From Raillietiella orientalis (lineage: Eukaryota): a stretch of 64,000 nucleotides of DNA. This document shows positions 1-13,174 of the stretch, piece after piece (the first letter of the stretch is position 1; the number at the start of each line of letters is the position of its first letter). Made by a program: the position numbers and the translations under genes. The notes beneath the pieces were generated by a model. That model was not told where the DNA came from. It searched no databases and saw only the letters and a program-made list of their open reading frames with translations. The stretch spans positions 744,001 through 808,000 of the forward strand of contig JAYWIR010000022.1 of NCBI GenBank assembly GCA_036172245.1. The letters are read 5' to 3'.

Positions 1-175
1 TTCCCCGTCAGCGGGAAACCTCCCTGGTGCCCAGCAGCAATTGGAGGAGATAAAACTGCCCGGCCGAGCCCCCGAAATATCGTTATCTGTTGGGGTTACG
101 GAAGCAACTGCACATCTCGGGCGAATCTCCTGGTCCTCATGGAAATGTTGTGGTAATGCTGCAGTCAGCAGACGA

Positions 176-441
176 CTTCGGAAAAAGTTCAGCACCTTCT
201 TCACCGAGGTCGTGGCATGAAGGCCACAAATGGATTCACTAAAGTGCAGAAACAATCGTCAGCTGCCACCAGTCGCCGATCCAGATTGGATGCTTCTTGA
301 ACAAGCGTGACTGACGCTGATGACTTTTTTTTACCATGTGACGATCAGTGCTTAAGAAGAGCTCGGATGTCCTCTGGAAAATCAGAAACAGGGCACTGCT
401 TGAAGAAAGCTTCTCACCTTCCTCAATCGGTTGGGACTACC
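176..441. repeat. Dispersed direct repeat, copy 1
   Basis: Aligns colinearly with 1969-2241 (cagaaacaatcgtcagctgcc, aacaagcgtgactgac, ttaccatgtgacgatc, aagaagagctcggatgtc). Confidence 0.9.
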
Positions 442-1968
442 AGGAGTTTTGCCACTCTTCGAGCTTTGAGATCCTCCCCTTCCATCAACTCAGACGTCAT
501 TTCCTGAGCCCATCGGCAGAGTGAGTGATGGATTCTTGCTGTTCTTTGAGGGCGCTACTGTTCATTGCCTCTCCAAATCCTTCTACGAACGTAGTTCTGA
601 CTGTTTACAAAATATTCAGCTTACATCGGATATCGAGAAGAACTGATACCATCTGTTACCTCTTTTTTTTTTTTTTTCTTCCTCATTATTTGTATCATCA
701 ACACTCATTCCGGCATCGCGCAACTGTGGAGAGAGCCCAGCGAACGACTTGCATGGGTAAATGCAACAGCTCCGATGTTTGCCGCCAGCTGATTATCATA
801 TCAGTCTTGTTTGCCGAGTAGGGATCAGGATTTATAGGGAAGAAGGGGCGCGACCGCTCATTTTCCTTCCTCCTGTACAAAATCACAGGGCAGGAATTTT
901 CCTTACGTGTGGCTTTTTGTTTTCGTACGGACACGACGGACACGTCCGCTGCTTTCGTCTCCACCCGAGCTTCCGTGTGTTCCCTTTGGCCCATCGGATC
1001 TCCCTCTAGAAGGCCAAGGACTCCCGCTTTCGTTCGGAATTCAGAGGTGGCCGGTCGGTCGGTCGGGTTCTGCGCAACCCTCTCTGACACATAGGATTTG
1101 TGCTCGATTCCTCCCCTTTCCACGTGTTTTCCAGACAATTCGGAACTGTTGCTGTCGTGGAGTTTCACCACTTTCCACGTGGCGCCAACACGCATCCTTC
1201 GAACTGTGCGCTCTCAACCCTTCTGGCCCAACCTCGTCCCGGGTCAGGAGCCAATTCGTATAAATAACGATCTCTCTGGTTGAATGATCGTATGGGGAAC
1301 TTTCCATGCGACTTCTCTTTCTGAACGATGTTTCAGGTTCTGGCTGTTAATGAGAAGTCTCATATGGGTTTTCATATGGAACTTCCGATGGATGCTGCGG
1401 GCACCGATATTTACCAAGCGTAGCTTCTGGCAGCTGTTCGTCAAATTTATCCTTTCTTTCTTATTGATATTCTTGAATCAACTGGTTGACATAACGCATC
1501 CTCTTCCAATCCCAAACGGAGATGCGACCTAACAAATGTTCAGGAAGACCTTCATGGCTGATGAGTTTTTACTGATTGCAGTTAAGTATGTTAGGTCGTC
1601 AGCCTTGGTCACCAGCATTTGGTTATAAACGACTGATCGTTGTTCTGTCTGAAAATAAAAATCAACCCCTCCTCCTTTGATTGATTTGAAAAGATGGCAT
1701 CACAGTAAAGGCTTAGGTTTTCGATCCAAAGGATTCGACTCTGGGATTGGTGTCAATCTCTTCAGGTAAAAGATCGGGGACTATTACGGGCTTCATGCAA
1801 TCAACAGCCGTTGTGCAGGTCAATCACAAGGATGGCAGAAACTGCGCCTTCCTCTTTTCTCAAACTTGCTGGAACCTATCTGTCTTCTATAGAGGAATTT
1901 CAACACATTACACGCGACAACTTCGGAGGCTCTGGGCAGATTGCAACGCAGCCTTCTTTGATCATGTG

Positions 1969-2241
1969 AGGAAGTTCAGAATCTTCTTCACCGAGTTCTT
2001 GGAGTGAAGACCACAAATGGCTTCATTAAAGTACAGAAACAATCGTCAGCTGCCGCCGATCGCCGATCCAGATTGAACGCTGCTAAAACAAGCGTGACTG
2101 ACTCTGGTGACTTTTTTTTTTTTTTTTACCATGTGACGATCGGTGACTAAGAAGAGCTCGGATGTCTCCTGGAAAAACGCACCAGAAACAGGGATCTGCT
2201 TGCCGAAAGCTTCTCACTTTCCTCAATGGATTGTGACTACC
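1969..2241. repeat. Dispersed direct repeat, copy 2
   Basis: Diverged copy of 176-441, with a longer poly-T tract. Confidence 0.9.
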
Positions 2242-4479
2242 GAGAAAACTCATCACCGATGAACTCGGTTCATCCTCGAAACGCCGGATGCGCCGCCATG
2301 ACCTACTCTTGACACGTTTCGAAACTCCCTGAGGAGAGCGAATGCTGAAAATGGAGATCGAGAATTTTTACAGCAGAATCTCCTCAAGTTAAGAAACATC
2401 CGATGATCCCTGCAAAGATTGTTCCAGCCCCACAAAGATCGTTCCAAAGGGGGGAAAGAAGGAAGGAGATGCTGGCTTGAATGGCGGGTGAAGCATCCGC
2501 ATCAGCCACCTTCTAGTAATGAACCTGGAAAATCAAGGGATGTTCAGTTTCCTTCAGGCGCTGCCGTCTTGCACATCTGTAGGAGCGAGCAGCCTCAGAC
2601 GTTGACGAGGCTGGAAAGCACCCTTGCGGGTGAAACCGGTCCAGCTCTCCAGAAGAAACGGGAAAACTATCTTCTCCCTTGGTGGGAAGTCTGTCCCCTT
2701 TGCTCTCCGTCGGAATCGCTTCCGTCCATCAAGAACCGAAGAGGGCATGCTTTTTGCGACTCTCGCCATGGTCACGCCTGATAGAATAGAATAAATCCTT
2801 TTCCTGAAATTCCCGGTGGGTTCGCAAAAGCTTCGATGGATGGTCCTTTCTTTGAATACGAAACCAAGGAAGACCAAGGTCTTCGAAGACCTCAAAGATG
2901 CCGCTTGCTCGAGGCAAAAGTTTCAAGAGCTCCAAACTCGAAGGGTACGCAGCGGCCGTCTCCCTGTGGCTTGCCTAAAGAAATGCGAGTCGCCACGTCT
3001 TTCTGAACTTTCTGGGTGCACGAACCACAGCGACAGAAGCACGCTCTCTTTTTTTTCCTGCAGCCCTCGTGAGTCCACGCCCTGCTTGCTCCACCAAGCT
3101 TAGCAGCAAACAGCTGCAGAAGTCGCAACTCCTCTGCTCTCTCTGGCACGTAGTAGGGAGGTCTAGGAAGGCACTAAAAGGCGTTCAGCAGTCTCGATTC
3201 CTCAAGAAAAGCGTCGCAACGCAACAGTGGGTGCTTGCCTAAACCTCTCAGGCCACAGTGAGCTTCGCTCCTGACCGATACACCCTAAGGCGAGAGCACT
3301 TTTTTTCACCCATTTTTCACCTCGGTCGAGTCAAAAGGTGCTTTCCAAAGATGCTCTCTCTTCCACGGACTCCTCACGGTCTTAGCGATAAGTATTCTGG
3401 GCTGCATTCGTCGGGTTATGACGACACAAAGGCGGTGGGAAGCAGGAGTCAAGAAAGAAAACAGAATGAGAGATGCCCTCCTTGCAGCATCCTTTTGACG
3501 AGATGCACGAACGAAGATGCCTCCTCCTGTTAAGTACGCCAGAAGCGGAATTACCCTCGTTTTGTCCCGGTGATTCCAGGGCGTTCATTCCACAATAAAC
3601 GAAAGGACAATTAGGGAACGGAGTTCCCAAATCCAAAACCAAAGGAGAAGAAAGGTTCAACAGGAGATGCCACCGACGCGCAGATCGGTTACTCGAGAAG
3701 ACCGGAGTGGGAGAAAAGGATAGAATAAATAAAGTGGAGGCATAAGAGTCCTTGGCAGTGACCCTCCCTTGTTGAGATTGCTCTCGTCGGGATAAGAGCT
3801 TCGATCCGTGATCCGGAGACCTTTCCTCCCTCCACCACGAACCCCTTATCACTTATCTTTGCGTCCCACACTCTAGCCCCACGATCTTACCTGGGGGGCG
3901 TGGGACTGCGGGACTGGCGGGGTTACTTGTGAGTTTTAGGTGATGCAAGCAAACGTATAGGGGTGACCTTCCCGCCCGGAATTCCGGGTCTCTTATTTAA
4001 AATGAACAAAAATTCGTTAAAGAAGGGGTGACGCACGCCTGCTCGACACGAAAGGACTCGGAACAGGGAACGGGAGAAGACGGCTGAGAGAGTGGTGGCA
4101 GGAGAGAAGGAGCTTCTGAATGAACAATTAGGAGGGAATGGAAAGAATCAGCCTCTCAGTGATGACTACGGTCAGCAAGGGCCTTCGTAGGACAGGGAAC
4201 GGAGAAGGAGTTTACTCGCCAGTTTTCAGCAAATCCGTCTCCAGCAGTGCTGATTTCCCTTGAGCCTTGCATCTCAAATTGGTCCATTTCGAAGTCCTTT
4301 GCATACAGAGGTTGGGACCGAGAGGTCAACTCATTGTTGCATGCATACGTGGCAGATCACCGCAAGAAAGAAAAATGTCACGTCCAGAGGAAGTCCCTGC
4401 GCAGTTCGCTCCCTTCTTGGAAGCTCCCGCAGCTTCTTGTCTCTACAGCCTGAACAGGAGTGGACGTGGAGCACGTGAG

Positions 4480-4980
4480 CACCCACCGTTCGACCCGGAA
4501 CCCTCCGACTGCGCATCCTTGCAGTTGCCCAACGCGCGCGCCCACGCCTAGCAGAAAGACTCGACGTCGGCGTTGGGTGCTCAGGCAGAGCCGGCCACCC
4601 CTTTCGTGTAGGAGCAGAACCAGCCTGGATGATCTGCAGGATGCGGGAACAGGCACCGAAGTCCCCCGGATAGGCAACGCCGATCGGCTCGTCAAAGGGT
4701 GCTGCCACCAAGAAGAGGTTGCGGGGCAGGCTGTTCCAACCTGTAGTCCTCGGAGGGCGGTCACGGTGTAGCTGGTCGCGAAGGGCACGCGACGCCGGTT
4801 GAAGGTGCCCTCCGGCAGCGTGCACCTGGTCACCCCGACCGGCTCTATGGCACGGCCGTGGTCAGGAGACGCTTTCGCACTCAAACGGCGGTGGCGCCGT
4901 TGTCTCTTCATGCGCTGCACCCGCTCCGGCGAGCAGCAAATTTCACCTTCCGGTGCCTCCTGCTCCTCACTGCCAGCGTG
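4480..4980 (-). pseudogene. Possible decayed RING/B-box (TRIM-like) sequence
   Basis: Across frames: PEGEICC..., RRVPF..., LPRNLFLV, CLFPHPADHPGWFC; several expected Cys read as Gly/Arg; frameshifts. Confidence 0.3.
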
Positions 4981-7900
4981 GTCTCTGAGCCGAGGCAGCG
5001 CAATGCGCGGGGCGCTCAACATTTGTCTGCCTGCACATAGTGTGGACTTGAAGAAAGGCGTTCTTTAGAGCATGAAGAGTAAGGACTCTATGGAATGAAT
5101 AAACTGCGATCCTTTCTGGAGTCGCTACGCCTACGAAAAAATAGCCAGTTTTTATGCCTTCGTTTTTTGCTCCCCTATTTGCTATTTTCACTGAGGACCT
5201 TGACTGCTGACTGCTGACATTTCTGCATTTTCCTCTAGACTTTTGGACTTTGTAAGGCCTTGAATTCCATCACTCTTGCATGCATATTGTTTTCATATTG
5301 GCATCAGCGCGTGAAAACAGAGGAAGGCTTCCCTGCGCTTCTGTCCTTCGGCAAGATTTGCCGGCATGAGATGCGGAGGATACCAATTTTAGAAGAGACT
5401 TATGTGATGCTGGGTTTTTGTTCTGTGGATGAAGTTGCTATCCAGAAACGTTCTTGGTTTTTCCCTGACTTTCTGATGGCTAATCAAGGTTTCATACGTT
5501 CTCCGAACTTTTGGTTCTGGACTTCTGGAAGGAATGAGATCAAGCTCATTCCTAAGGTGGTCGAAGAGGGTGGTCCTTTCTCGTCGTTCCTAACTTACCC
5601 GCAAAAACAAGTGGTCATCACTTGTGTTTGCGGGTCTACTTGAGTCCAACATCCCAGACTTCTTTGACACAGATTCGTGGTGAGACTGTTGGCTTTCGAG
5701 CTCAGCTCAGGAAGCACATCTCATCTGGAAGCAAGTGGACCTTGAAATTCCTTGCCATAGGGTGAGAGGTACCTGAATGAGTCGAATGTAGCGAGTCCGA
5801 AACTTCACTGTTACCCGCTGGGGCTGGGAGCTGCAGAATGCCTGAATGCTCGTCACGAACGAGGTTTATAAGTTTCGACTACTCGAGGACGAGCTGGCCT
5901 ACGTGACCGCCTCCGTCCTAAAAGGACGCTGCATATCACAAGTTCTGCATCCGCGGCTTGGAGTGAACTGTGACCTCTCCAGTGTGAGCGGAGCCGAACT
6001 GCTCCTCGGCCTCAAGAGAGATCTTCCCGAAGACAAGGGATGGAGAGAATAGTGACCTGAAAGCTGAGGAAAAATTCAAGAGCACAAAGAAGTAGGATTG
6101 CTGTCCTGGTGGAAAAGAAAGCACTGGTCGCTCTAAGGACTTCTGGATTTTGACTGAAAGGAGAGAAGAAGAGCTGCGAGGAGAGGAAAGAAACAGCTTC
6201 AAGAAAGACCTCTAAAATGGGAACCGAGATTTTATGAATATTCCCACTGAACAAGGATGAAAGAGACTAATCTGTGCTGTGCTTCTAAGGGATTCCACTA
6301 GAAAATCCATAATGGGGTTTGGCCACTTCATATCAAAGGATGAATGCCACGGGATACGATCGATGAACTAACTTCTCTGAACTATTGGCTCAAAGGTTCT
6401 TGCCTAAAAGACTATTTCAGAACTCCTGGACTGAGTGAATTCCTTGTGCCTCGTTCAACGAAGCAACTGACGAGAGAAGCACGACACTTTCAATACCTAA
6501 GGGATTTCGCTTCGGGTGTTGACTCGACGTGAGGTGATGTCTGATGCGGTCGGCTACATGTCTATCCCTTCCATGTTCTTTTCCATCTCTGCGTGCGAGT
6601 GAAAGACCTTCTAGATGTTAAGCAAACCATGCCTGACTGCTCGGACTCTCTTCAGCTGACAGACTTTCCCGGATTTTCAGCTATAAAGTGTTTAAAAGTG
6701 TTTAGTAATAGTAAAAGTGTTTTGGTGACATGGGAAGACAAACTGTCGCTGGCCTTCGACCGGTATGTGACTCGTGAGGAAAACAGGAAGAGTGCCGCTG
6801 GCTCGCGAATCCTGGGAGGAGCAATCACCACACTCTTTCAGAAAGAAGATGAAAGACTTGCATCCAGTAGTCGTTGAGTCGCGTGACTTCATGAATTCCA
6901 TTCTACAATTCCTTCACTCCCAGAACTTCCATCATCATTCTAGTACGCCAGGATTATTCACTATTCATTCTCAGAACTACTAATGCACTGGACTTGAGAA
7001 TTCACATTTGACGTTCAGCAATATTCCCATTCACATTTGGAAACTCATATTCTCCTCTCGTGAAGACCTTCCTCCTCTTCCATCATATCGCAATCACCAT
7101 TTGCCTATTCATTCTACACAGCACCTTCATACGTTTCACAAATGTAAATGCTAACCACCTCCTACCCAATAATCACCCTATAGAATTCATCTGACCCTTC
7201 TTCCCTGCGGTTATTCTCCTACTACTTATATTTCCCTCTCTTCCCATCCTCTGCCTCCTAGATAGTGGTCTCTCTCCCCTCTTGCAATCAATCAATCTCA
7301 AACCAATGATTCGGAACAGATCTCAATGATCTGAATATGCAGATCTCAAAAACATCAAATTGGACTCATTTGCAACCGTCAGAATCGAACTCATCCACTA
7401 CACTACTAATATACTACTAAACCCATGGCCAACTCAAGAAATTTTAGTCTCCAGCATATTGAAAGTGCACTTAACTAAGCACATTCATCTTGAACAACAA
7501 ATCATGAAATACACTATAGAATATTTCTTCGCTATTGACTTTATAAATTAACAATCCTCTTCCTGACTATATTAGCCACCTCAACATATACACCCTCATT
7601 CAACTGACCTTACTCACCCATATCACTCAATTGCTCTCCGTCAGAGCTCATTAATTTCTGTCCCATAATCACCATCGTGACACTTCCTCAACCCTTTCCC
7701 TTTCTTTTTCCCGAATCCAAGAGGACTTGCCATCAAGTTGCACCGCAGCAGTAAGCTCAGGCTGCCTGGGGATGTTGCAGCTACTTCGTCTTGTTCCTAT
7801 CTCTGTCTATTTTGCTACAGATCGACTAGGAGCTTCATCTGTTATGTTATTCAGCTGCTAAGAAAGCAAACAAAATGCAAAGGATGGGAAGAAGCTTGAG

Positions 7901-9055
7901 GATAACCCGCCAATCCTACAGAGTTGTCAGGATCCTGCTGATTCACTGTCCCACTGAAGAAACAAATCGATGTTCGCGCTAGTCGTGCGTTTCCGATCTG
8001 ACCACTGAGAGAAAGCAGCAAATCTCTGCTCCCTTTGGCGCATTTTTTTTTCCTTTTCCTTCCTAAAAATGGGTTTCTCAAGAGTTCTCCTGATCTTTCT
8101 AGAGTCAAATGTTGCAGAGTGTCTGTGCGAAATTCCGGCTCACAGATTGCATTCGTCGGTTCCGCACAGAGTTGTCAGTGCCTCTTTGGTCAGCAAGCCT
8201 CCTTCCAAACTGCTGATCTACGCTTTCCTCTCTAATCTTTCCTGATTCATATATTAATCCATCTACGACTATTCACCATCCATTCATTTGATATCCATAA
8301 GACATCAGGTCGTTTGTCTACAAAAGCCGCTTAGAACACATCGTTAGCTGAAGGTCAGCATGTTGACCATTATTCATTCACGAAACGGAACGATTAGAGC
8401 GAGCATTCTCACTGGTTAATGATGTTATAGAACCAGTAGCTTCTTTACTTTGAGGATGTCCGTTTCAGCTCTTGAAGGGTGCAGATTCGACAGTGTCCAG
8501 CTTATCAGTGGCAGAGCAAAAATTAAGGCATTGACAGTTTCCATGGAACAGAATTCAGTTTGCGTCGCCAAACTTGAATCGCCTCATTATTAGCCTCGGA
8601 TGTGCGTCCCGTCCTCAGCAGTTTTCATGGATGTCAGCAGATGCACGAAGGAGTATGAAGGACGTGTTTCCATCTGGACGAAAATTCCTCTTTCCTCTCT
8701 TCGCACCAATCTCTCTATTCTGTAAATAAGAAGATGCATCATTGCATCGTTCGGTTTGGAAATAGGTCAGCAGCCAGTTCTATCCATCAATTTAGGAATT
8801 TGCAGCTGATTCCTAGACTGTTTCGGAATGCAAGTAGGAGAGACGACCCAAGTTCATGGCACCATCATAATGCGGAGATCCCCCTTTCCCTGCTTCGTCT
8901 CCCTAGATTTAAGAGGCAGGATCGACACCGGAAATGGTTCAGAATGCGGTAAGGATAAAAATCGAAGTTCGCCTTTGTTTAGCACAGGAGGCAGAGATCC
9001 ACTTCTGACACATACGTGCCCCCAAATGGAGGCATGGAATTTCTATCTCGGAAAG

Positions 9056-9722
9056 CATCGAGGTCAGGGAAAATTCCTGACCCGGGTTGGGTAACAGTAC
9101 CGTGTGTTCGCTCACTTATGTATCGGGCATGATCCATGGTACCACTTCACGCACGCACGTCGATTCTTCCTGCTGCCCGTGCGTCCGCAAGGAGAGCTGC
9201 GCGTGGAATACGCTCGGCATGCGAAGCGCCCTCGACGCGCGTCCTCGCCCGCTGCTCGCGGGACCTCGACACCAAGACGTCGGTGGACTAGGTCGAGGAA
9301 GTGACGTCGGAGCGGATCGGCCTCCAGCCAGCCAGTCGCAGGGAGGCGACTCCAAACGGGCTGCTCCAGAACGAGTCGAGCCTTCCCGTTCGACGTCCAG
9401 ACCTCGGCCGCTGCTCCGGGCAAGCGACTCTGGAAGAGGCTCGACGAAGAAAGGGGAGAGTCGATACGGGAAGAGCCGCCTCTCCTTGCGGCCGCCGACA
9501 GAAGACCGGCTGCTGCCTCGGCGAGGAGCGCAGGGTGCGAAGAACGGCGGGATGCTCCGAGAATGGGCGAGCGGTGGCGCGCGGCGGTGGAAAGCGTGAA
9601 GAGCGCTGTGTGGGCCGACGCCCAGAGCAAGGTCAGAGCCACGTGCTGGGGAACGCGTTCCGGAGGACCGGCCGGGATTAGCAACCGTCAACGAGCCCTT
9701 GACCAGTGACCACGTGGAAACT
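9056..9722 (+). mobile_element. 667-bp young non-autonomous repeat, copy A
   Basis: Reverse complement of 38739-39405 with only two substitutions noticed; 5' hairpin ggtcagg-gaaaatt-cctgacc; 3' end ccacgtggaaact. Confidence 0.9.
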
Positions 9723-9736
9723 AGAGCTCCCACCTA

Positions 9737-12180
9737 GTTTCCGGAGGAGTTGCCTCTCCGAACTGTAGAAGATGCAGAGCAGTGGAATTTCTCCCACATC
9801 TGCTCTAAGACTGCGGTGCCCTCCAAGGATTGTAGTGGAGGCTGCCTTCAGCTATCCTGCACCGGAGGGAGTCCTGGCCATAGAGGAGGAGAAGGAAGGC
9901 CTCGACGAGACTTTCACGACCGGTGAAATTATCACCGCGATCAAGAAGCTCCAGAGGAGCAAGGCGCCAGGGGAGGACGGCCTGCCCGCGGAGTTTTTTC
10001 AATGCTTTGCAGCAGAGTTGACCCCTCTGGTGCTGCGGTTGACACAGCTGATCCGAGACAAAGACGACGTTCTCGCTTCGTTTCGGGTAAGACTCCTCCC
10101 TAAGGAGGAAGAACTCAGGAGATTAAGCAACTGGCGTCCGATCACCGCTGTGAACACGGAAGCCAAGTTGGTGGCGGGGCTGTGGGCTGCGCGTTTGGGG
10201 CAGATAGCGGACAGCTTCATTAGTCCGGAACAGACTAACGCTGTTCCCGGGCGAAGCATGGACGCGAACCTGTTCTTCGCAGCACATGGTTCCATGTGAA
10301 ATGCGAAGAAAAAAGGAAGAAATAAATTGTCATAAACCCCAATTGGGAGGCGCAAGCTGGGCATGGAAGAGACAACAGGGCAGGGAAGGGAGCCTTAGAG
10401 ATCGCAGTCGATCTGCATAAAGCGTTCAACTGCATGGACCAGGAGTTTCTTTGGAAGCTTCTTAATCGTATGAGCTTTCCGGTCGCCTTAACGGCCTACC
10501 TGCACTCTTGCTGGAGCAACGCGATAATCAACGTCTTTTTCAGATGTCAAAACGTGTAAGGCGTGCCGTTGCGGCGCAGCATCAGGCAGGGAGACAGGCT
10601 GAATACCCTGCTCTTTAGCACCTACTTCGAGTTGGTGCTGAGAGCGTACAGGGCTACTTTGGCCGCCTTGTCGAGCTCGTGCTCCGGTACGCCTGCCGTG
10701 TCGTCGTATGGACGATCTTCTGCTCCTGCTCCCCATGTCCGCCCCGGCAATGGCAGTCGAAGATTTCTTCGATCTGCTAAGCCGTGGGACGGGACTCCGG
10801 GTTAACAGGGCAAAATCGTCGGTGGTGGCAGTTGGAGCGACGTGGGAAGGACGGCCTGATTGGATCCGCATGGGGATCCCAACGGGCGGGTATTTGAAGT
10901 ATCTTGGGGTTCCACTGGGGGACTTCGGCCCGTCAGAAGCCTGGTCAGGTAGTCTCCAGAAAGTGGACTTGGCGATCGGCCCGTTCCTGGAAGGCAGCTT
11001 CCACTTGCCGGAACGGGCGCGGTGGGGAACGCGTTCGCGGCCCCCATCCTCCGCCCCCTGCTTTTTGTTTGCCCGTCCCCCCGAGTTGAAAAAAAGGACA
11101 AAGGACTTCCTGCGTATCGCTCTGTGGGACAGCGGGAGGCCCCGAGTCCCGTTGATGGACTTGTGCGCTCCGCGTCAGGACAGAGGTCTTGGCCTACTGA
11201 CACTGGAGCGGATGGAAATACAGCTGCTTTTCATCCGGGTGTGCTGGGGTGTTTATTTCTAAACTATGTGAGAACGAAGTTTGCAGACAAAGGGCACAGA
11301 AGATCGAAGGGAGGCCTCCCCGACACGCAGTTCGGTAAAACCAAAAGTCCGGAACGGGATCACGGCGGTATGGTCCGAGAACGGAAGGGAACGGATCACA
11401 AATAAATATATAAAAAAATATAAATAAAGATATGGGGAGGGTTGGGGACAGGGGTATTCGGTATCGGCCGTTCCATCCTTTCAGAACCGGCGTTGGATGC
11501 CAGTTGCCTACGGGTGGGGTGAGAAGTCGCCTGCACGATCGCAGGAGCAACCCAACCCATAGACAGCTGGAGAAGTAGCGAGCTGGCAGACGCCGCCACC
11601 TCTCGCAGCATCTCGAAGGGACTCCTTCGGTGGAACGAATTTTTGAGTGTGCCCCCCGAAGAACTTGTGGTCCCTCCCTCGTGCGTGAACACTTCTGTGC
11701 TCCCCCCTTTCGTGGAAACGGGACGTGCTCTTGCTGGTGCATTGGGGTTTCCATTGCAACCAGTGCGCGAACATTGTTTTCGGGAGAGTTGCCTCCCCGA
11801 ACTGTAAAAGGGGCGGAGCAGTGGAAACGTTCCTGCAACTGCTTTTCGACTGTGGTGCCCTCCAAGGACTGTGGCGGAGGCTAACTTCAGCATTTCTGCA
11901 CCAGGGGGACACCGCAAGAATTTTGATGTGTCGCCTTACGCCAGGCGGGCTGTCGTTAGGTGCAGTCGTCGCAACGATCCGTTGCAACCGCGCCATCGCC
12001 ACAGTCTGCCTCCAGTTGGAATCGCGGGCAATTCTTCGAGAGGTCACCACAATCGCCGACGTCAACATGACGACGGCTGTCAGATGGCTTCATCTTGCAG
12101 AAGGAGCAAGAAAGGAGATCCTCGGCATCTCTTGCCCTGATGGCAGACAGCTCTGCAGCAAGGGGCGTGGTCAGGCTGGT
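9737..12180 (+). mobile_element. L1/Tx1-like non-LTR retrotransposon ORF2 (RT plus C-terminal zinc finger), disrupted and rearranged
   Basis: KAPGEDGLPAEFF, NWRPIT, DLHKAFN, IRQGDRL, frameshifted Y-x-DD near 10708, GLRVNRAKS, KYLGVPL, GLGL, CKRG..VETFLQLLFDC..LW. Confidence 0.93.
11228..11505 (-). mobile_element. LINE 3' UTR and terminus in antisense orientation inside the ORF2 remnant
   Basis: Reverse complement matches the 3' UTR following ORF2 at about 14000-14270, including AATAAA and the terminal hairpin. Confidence 0.8.
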
Positions 12181-12299
12181 CCACTTACCATGGTCTCGCA
12201 TCACACCCTCCAAAGGAAGATAGGGAGAAAGGTACATGCAACGAAGTTTGGTAAACGGCACTTCCTGATGCCTTGCCCAGGACGATAACGCTTCGTGCC

Positions 12300-12480
12300 G
12301 CCAGGCATTAAAGTTCGGTGAGTACCTGGAGCCTTCCGCCTCTTGAGCCCCGCTATGGCGGAAGAGACTTCTTCCGCCGTGAAGGGCTGATTGACACATT
12401 CCTTCTCGTCGACAGCAGGGGCATCCGTCGGCAGAAGCAGTTCGGAGACTGCGTTCCGTCGGCGCCATCGCATACAACGA
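12300..12480 (-). mobile_element. LINE RT N-terminal fragment
   Basis: QPFTAEEVSSAIAGLKRRKAPG. Confidence 0.75.
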
Positions 12481-13174
12481 GTAGTAGTGAAGATACATCT
12501 GCGGTGGCAAACCATGGCCATCGCAGTGAAGTACTGGGGCACCCCCTGGTGCATTTCTGCCTGCCTCCTTGCCAGCCGTGTATCCGCAACGCAAAGGCCC
12601 TTGTCTCATCTTCTGTGCCTTGACCGGAAGATTCGAAGATGCGACCTCCTCCTCAGCCACCCTGGCGAAGGAGAACAGCTGGATGGTATGCAGCCCCGCC
12701 AACTCTAGCGCATGGCTAGAAGAAACAGTTGGCACATGGGCGAAGATCAACAAGAGGAGAAACGAGGCGTGGAACCGCCTGAGAATTGGCACCTATGCCC
12801 GCTGCCCGCTGCGGGAGATACTCGAGTGTCCCTCCAGGAGCAGGTGGGCGGAGACGACCTCCCTCTCCACGTCGATGCCTTTCCTAAGAAGGGCACTAGG
12901 CAGCGGCCGGACGCTGAGGTGGCAGGTCTCTTGCCGGATCACAGGAAGAGAGAAGTTGATGAGCGGTTAGACTATGGGACAGCTGGCGGACGCCACGATC
13001 CCGAGTGTCCTTCCATAAGGATTAATGCGATGGGGCGAGCTGCTCCGCATCTCGACAGATGACCTGAAGTGGCCTCCAGTGTTAAAAGATTCAAGTATCC
13101 TTCCCCTAAAGTGGCAGGAGTCGTCGCTTCTTCTGGAATCTCCCCTGCAACGCGCTCCGCCACCACTGAACTCT

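Noticed and set aside
3884..3900. cttacctgg resembling the U1 snRNA 5' end
   Set aside because: Only 9 nt match with no U1 body; equally a minus-strand splice donor
6890..7720. G-poor, strand-skewed tract as a coding gene
   Set aside because: No sustained ORF; probably a very old LINE remnant but no motif strong enough to call
9056..9724. Canonical Helitron call for the 667-bp element (TC near start, CTAG at end of copy A)
   Set aside because: Copy B ends CTGA, neither copy is followed by T, and the clear hairpin is at the opposite end
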